Of a stretch of 33,542 nucleotides of DNA, positions 32,323 through 33,542 are shown in pieces. Position 1 is the stretch's first letter, and every line of letters begins with the position of its first letter. Source of the stretch: Candidatus Woesearchaeota archaeon (GTDB taxonomy: Archaea > Nanobdellota > Nanobdellia > SCGC-AAA011-G17 > PNOQ01); the NCBI GenBank assembly GCA_964448715.1, contig CAYUWX010000003.1:1-33542 (forward strand), read 5' to 3'. Below the pieces are notes generated by a model. That model was not told the DNA's origin and made no database searches. It saw only the letters and a program-made list of their open reading frames with translations. The translations under genes were made by a program, and so were the position numbers.

Positions 32323-33108
32323 ATGAAATATGCAATATTTGGAGACATTCATGGAAATGAATTAAAAGAATTAGAACATTCACTTAGATTTGAAAACCCA
32401 GATACATTAATTTGTACGGGGGATTTCGATCAAGTTAGATCTATAAGAAATTACATGAAATTAGAACAAGATTATCTTAATCAAGGAAAACAAGTTATAA
32501 CGGTTCCAGGAAATCATGACCATTCAATATTAAATAATTTACCTCTATTTTCCGGAACAATATACAAACAAGGAAAAGATCATAATATTCTTCATGAAGA
32601 ATTAAAGGAAGACCAAGTATCTTTCAATTATTTAGACAAATTAATCAATAATCTGGATATTAGAAAGAATAACTATAGAAAAGTTATAAATTTAGGAAAT
32701 AATTCAGATTATAGAACAATTGTAATTCATGGCGGATTGGAAGGAAATTTAGATTATGGCCCCAGAGGAGTAAAAAATCAACGTGAAAAAGATTTATGGT
32801 CTAGAATTATAATGTATCACGATAAAAAAGACAAATATATTAACTCTATCTACCAGAGAAGTAATTTTAATAATATGGGTAGAAAAGCATTAAATGTAAT
32901 GATTAGAGGTCACGATCATATTCAAGATTACACATATAATGGTCAAAAAAAAGGAATAGTTAGTTATGGAAAAGAAGATTCAAATTCATTTCGTTTATTC
33001 CCCAACAGACAACACACAATAACACACGGAGCATTATTTGATGGACATTTTGCTACAATAGATACAGATTTAGAAAAACAACCCATCTTAGAATTTCATC
33101 AATTATAG
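32323..33108 (+). CDS. calcineurin-like metallophosphoesterase
   Basis: Ordered MPE motifs GDIHGN, GDFD, GNHDH, IHGG and RGHDH. 261 aa. AGGAG lies upstream of the ATG. Confidence 0.85.
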   Translation: MKYAIFGDIHGNELKELEHSLRFENPDTLICTGDFDQVRSIRNYMKLEQDYLNQGKQVITVPGNHDHSILNNLPLFSGTIYKQGKDHNILHEELKEDQVSFNYLDKLINNLDIRKNNYRKVINLGNNSDYRTIVIHGGLEGNLDYGPRGVKNQREKDLWSRIIMYHDKKDKYINSIYQRSNFNNMGRKALNVMIRGHDHIQDYTYNGQKKGIVSYGKEDSNSFRLFPNRQHTITHGALFDGHFATIDTDLEKQPILEFHQL

Positions 33109-33118
33109 GAGACATAAA

Positions 33119-33463
33119 ATGGCAAATATATTTAATAAAGGGATGGATCCCAATAAAAAATCGGATCTAGAAAATTTAGTTAAAAAAGAAAATTCAAAAA
33201 TAAATGATGTTCCTATATGCGAGGTAGACATATATGTAAAATGTCCTTATACTGAGCAACCCTGTGAATATTCTCCGGGTAAAGATATGAAAAAAAGAGG
33301 TAATGAAATATTAGATTTAATGAAAAATCGACCTAAATTTTATAAAGATATAAATGGCGTTCAAAGAAGAATAAGATTACCAAAATATAGTGATCTTTGT
33401 GAGACATGTAAACATTCAAATAAACCGGGAAAATCAACAAAAAGTTATTTTAGTAAAATTTAA
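33119..33463 (+). CDS. hypothetical Cys-containing protein (possible zinc-binding)
   Basis: 114 aa. Cys pattern C-x7-C-x6-C ... C-x2-C (CEVDIYVKC, CEY, CETC). AGGAG lies 8 nt upstream of the ATG. Confidence 0.45.
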   Translation: MANIFNKGMDPNKKSDLENLVKKENSKINDVPICEVDIYVKCPYTEQPCEYSPGKDMKKRGNEILDLMKNRPKFYKDINGVQRRIRLPKYSDLCETCKHSNKPGKSTKSYFSKI

Positions 33464-33494
33464 AATAATAAACTTAAAAAATAACCAATAAAAC

Positions 33495-33540
33495 ATCCTG
33501 CAGATAAATAAGGCATTGCAGGATAAAATTTATTTTTTTT
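33495..33540 (+). terminator. hairpin plus T-run downstream of the last operon gene
   Basis: atcctgca (33495-33502) pairs with tgcaggat (33517-33524) across a 14-nt loop, followed by tttttttt at 33533-33540. It could instead lie inside a minus-strand CDS entering from the window edge. Confidence 0.4.
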
Positions 33541-33542
33541 AC

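Noticed and set aside
33478-33542. Partial minus-strand CDS entering from the right edge (…KKINFILQCLIYLQDVLLVIF*)
   Set aside because: Only about 21 codons are visible, which cannot be distinguished from chance. The same sequence forms the hairpin/T-run that I annotated as a possible terminator.
1-33542. CRISPR arrays, rRNA genes, IS elements, integrases and toxin-antitoxin pairs
   Set aside because: I saw no regularly spaced direct repeats, rRNA-like GC-rich stretches, or transposase/integrase motifs in any frame. The intergenic regions are too short to hide such elements.

Overview
Strongly AT-rich, gene-dense chromosomal segment with about 40 genes, spacers of 20-90 nt and several 4-nt ATGA stop/start overlaps. 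The informational genes are archaeal: aCPSF1/FttA KH + beta-CASP RNase, proteasome beta subunit, class I CCA-adding enzyme, diphthine synthase Dph5 plus a Dph6-type ligase, Dim1/KsgA, Nop2/Sun methyltransferase, a class III signal-peptide pilin, a Sec11-type signal peptidase, and an initiator-like tRNA-Met with A1:U72. The small genes, low GC and many exported proteins suggest a small-genome DPANN-like archaeon; that is inference. Three tRNAs (Met-CAU, Gly-GCC, Ser-GCU) lie on the minus strand and none encodes CCA. No rRNA, CRISPR array, transposase or integrase is visible. Most transcription units carry an (a)tttaaat / tttataaa box about 24-28 nt upstream of the ATG, implying mostly leaderless mRNAs. 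Two divergent gene pairs share a single palindromic box. Main points for follow-up: (1) a complete bacterial-type sigma-70 gene sits between archaeal genes behind an archaeal-style promoter. (2) A tight operon of unknown function (30568-33463) encodes a signal-peptidase-like protein, a small protein, an internally duplicated protein, a metallophosphoesterase and a Cys-containing protein. (3) A propeptide-less proteasome beta-like paralogue lies next to psmB and aCPSF1. (4) A cysteine-rich module is shared by exported proteins. (5) One polypeptide fuses an AsnB-like domain to a Dph6-like PP-loop domain. (6) A P-loop NTPase gene is interrupted by an in-frame TGA where I recall a conserved Trp. 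(7) A 26-nt near-identical element sits just upstream of two minus-strand promoters. All product calls rest on motif recognition by eye; no searches were run.
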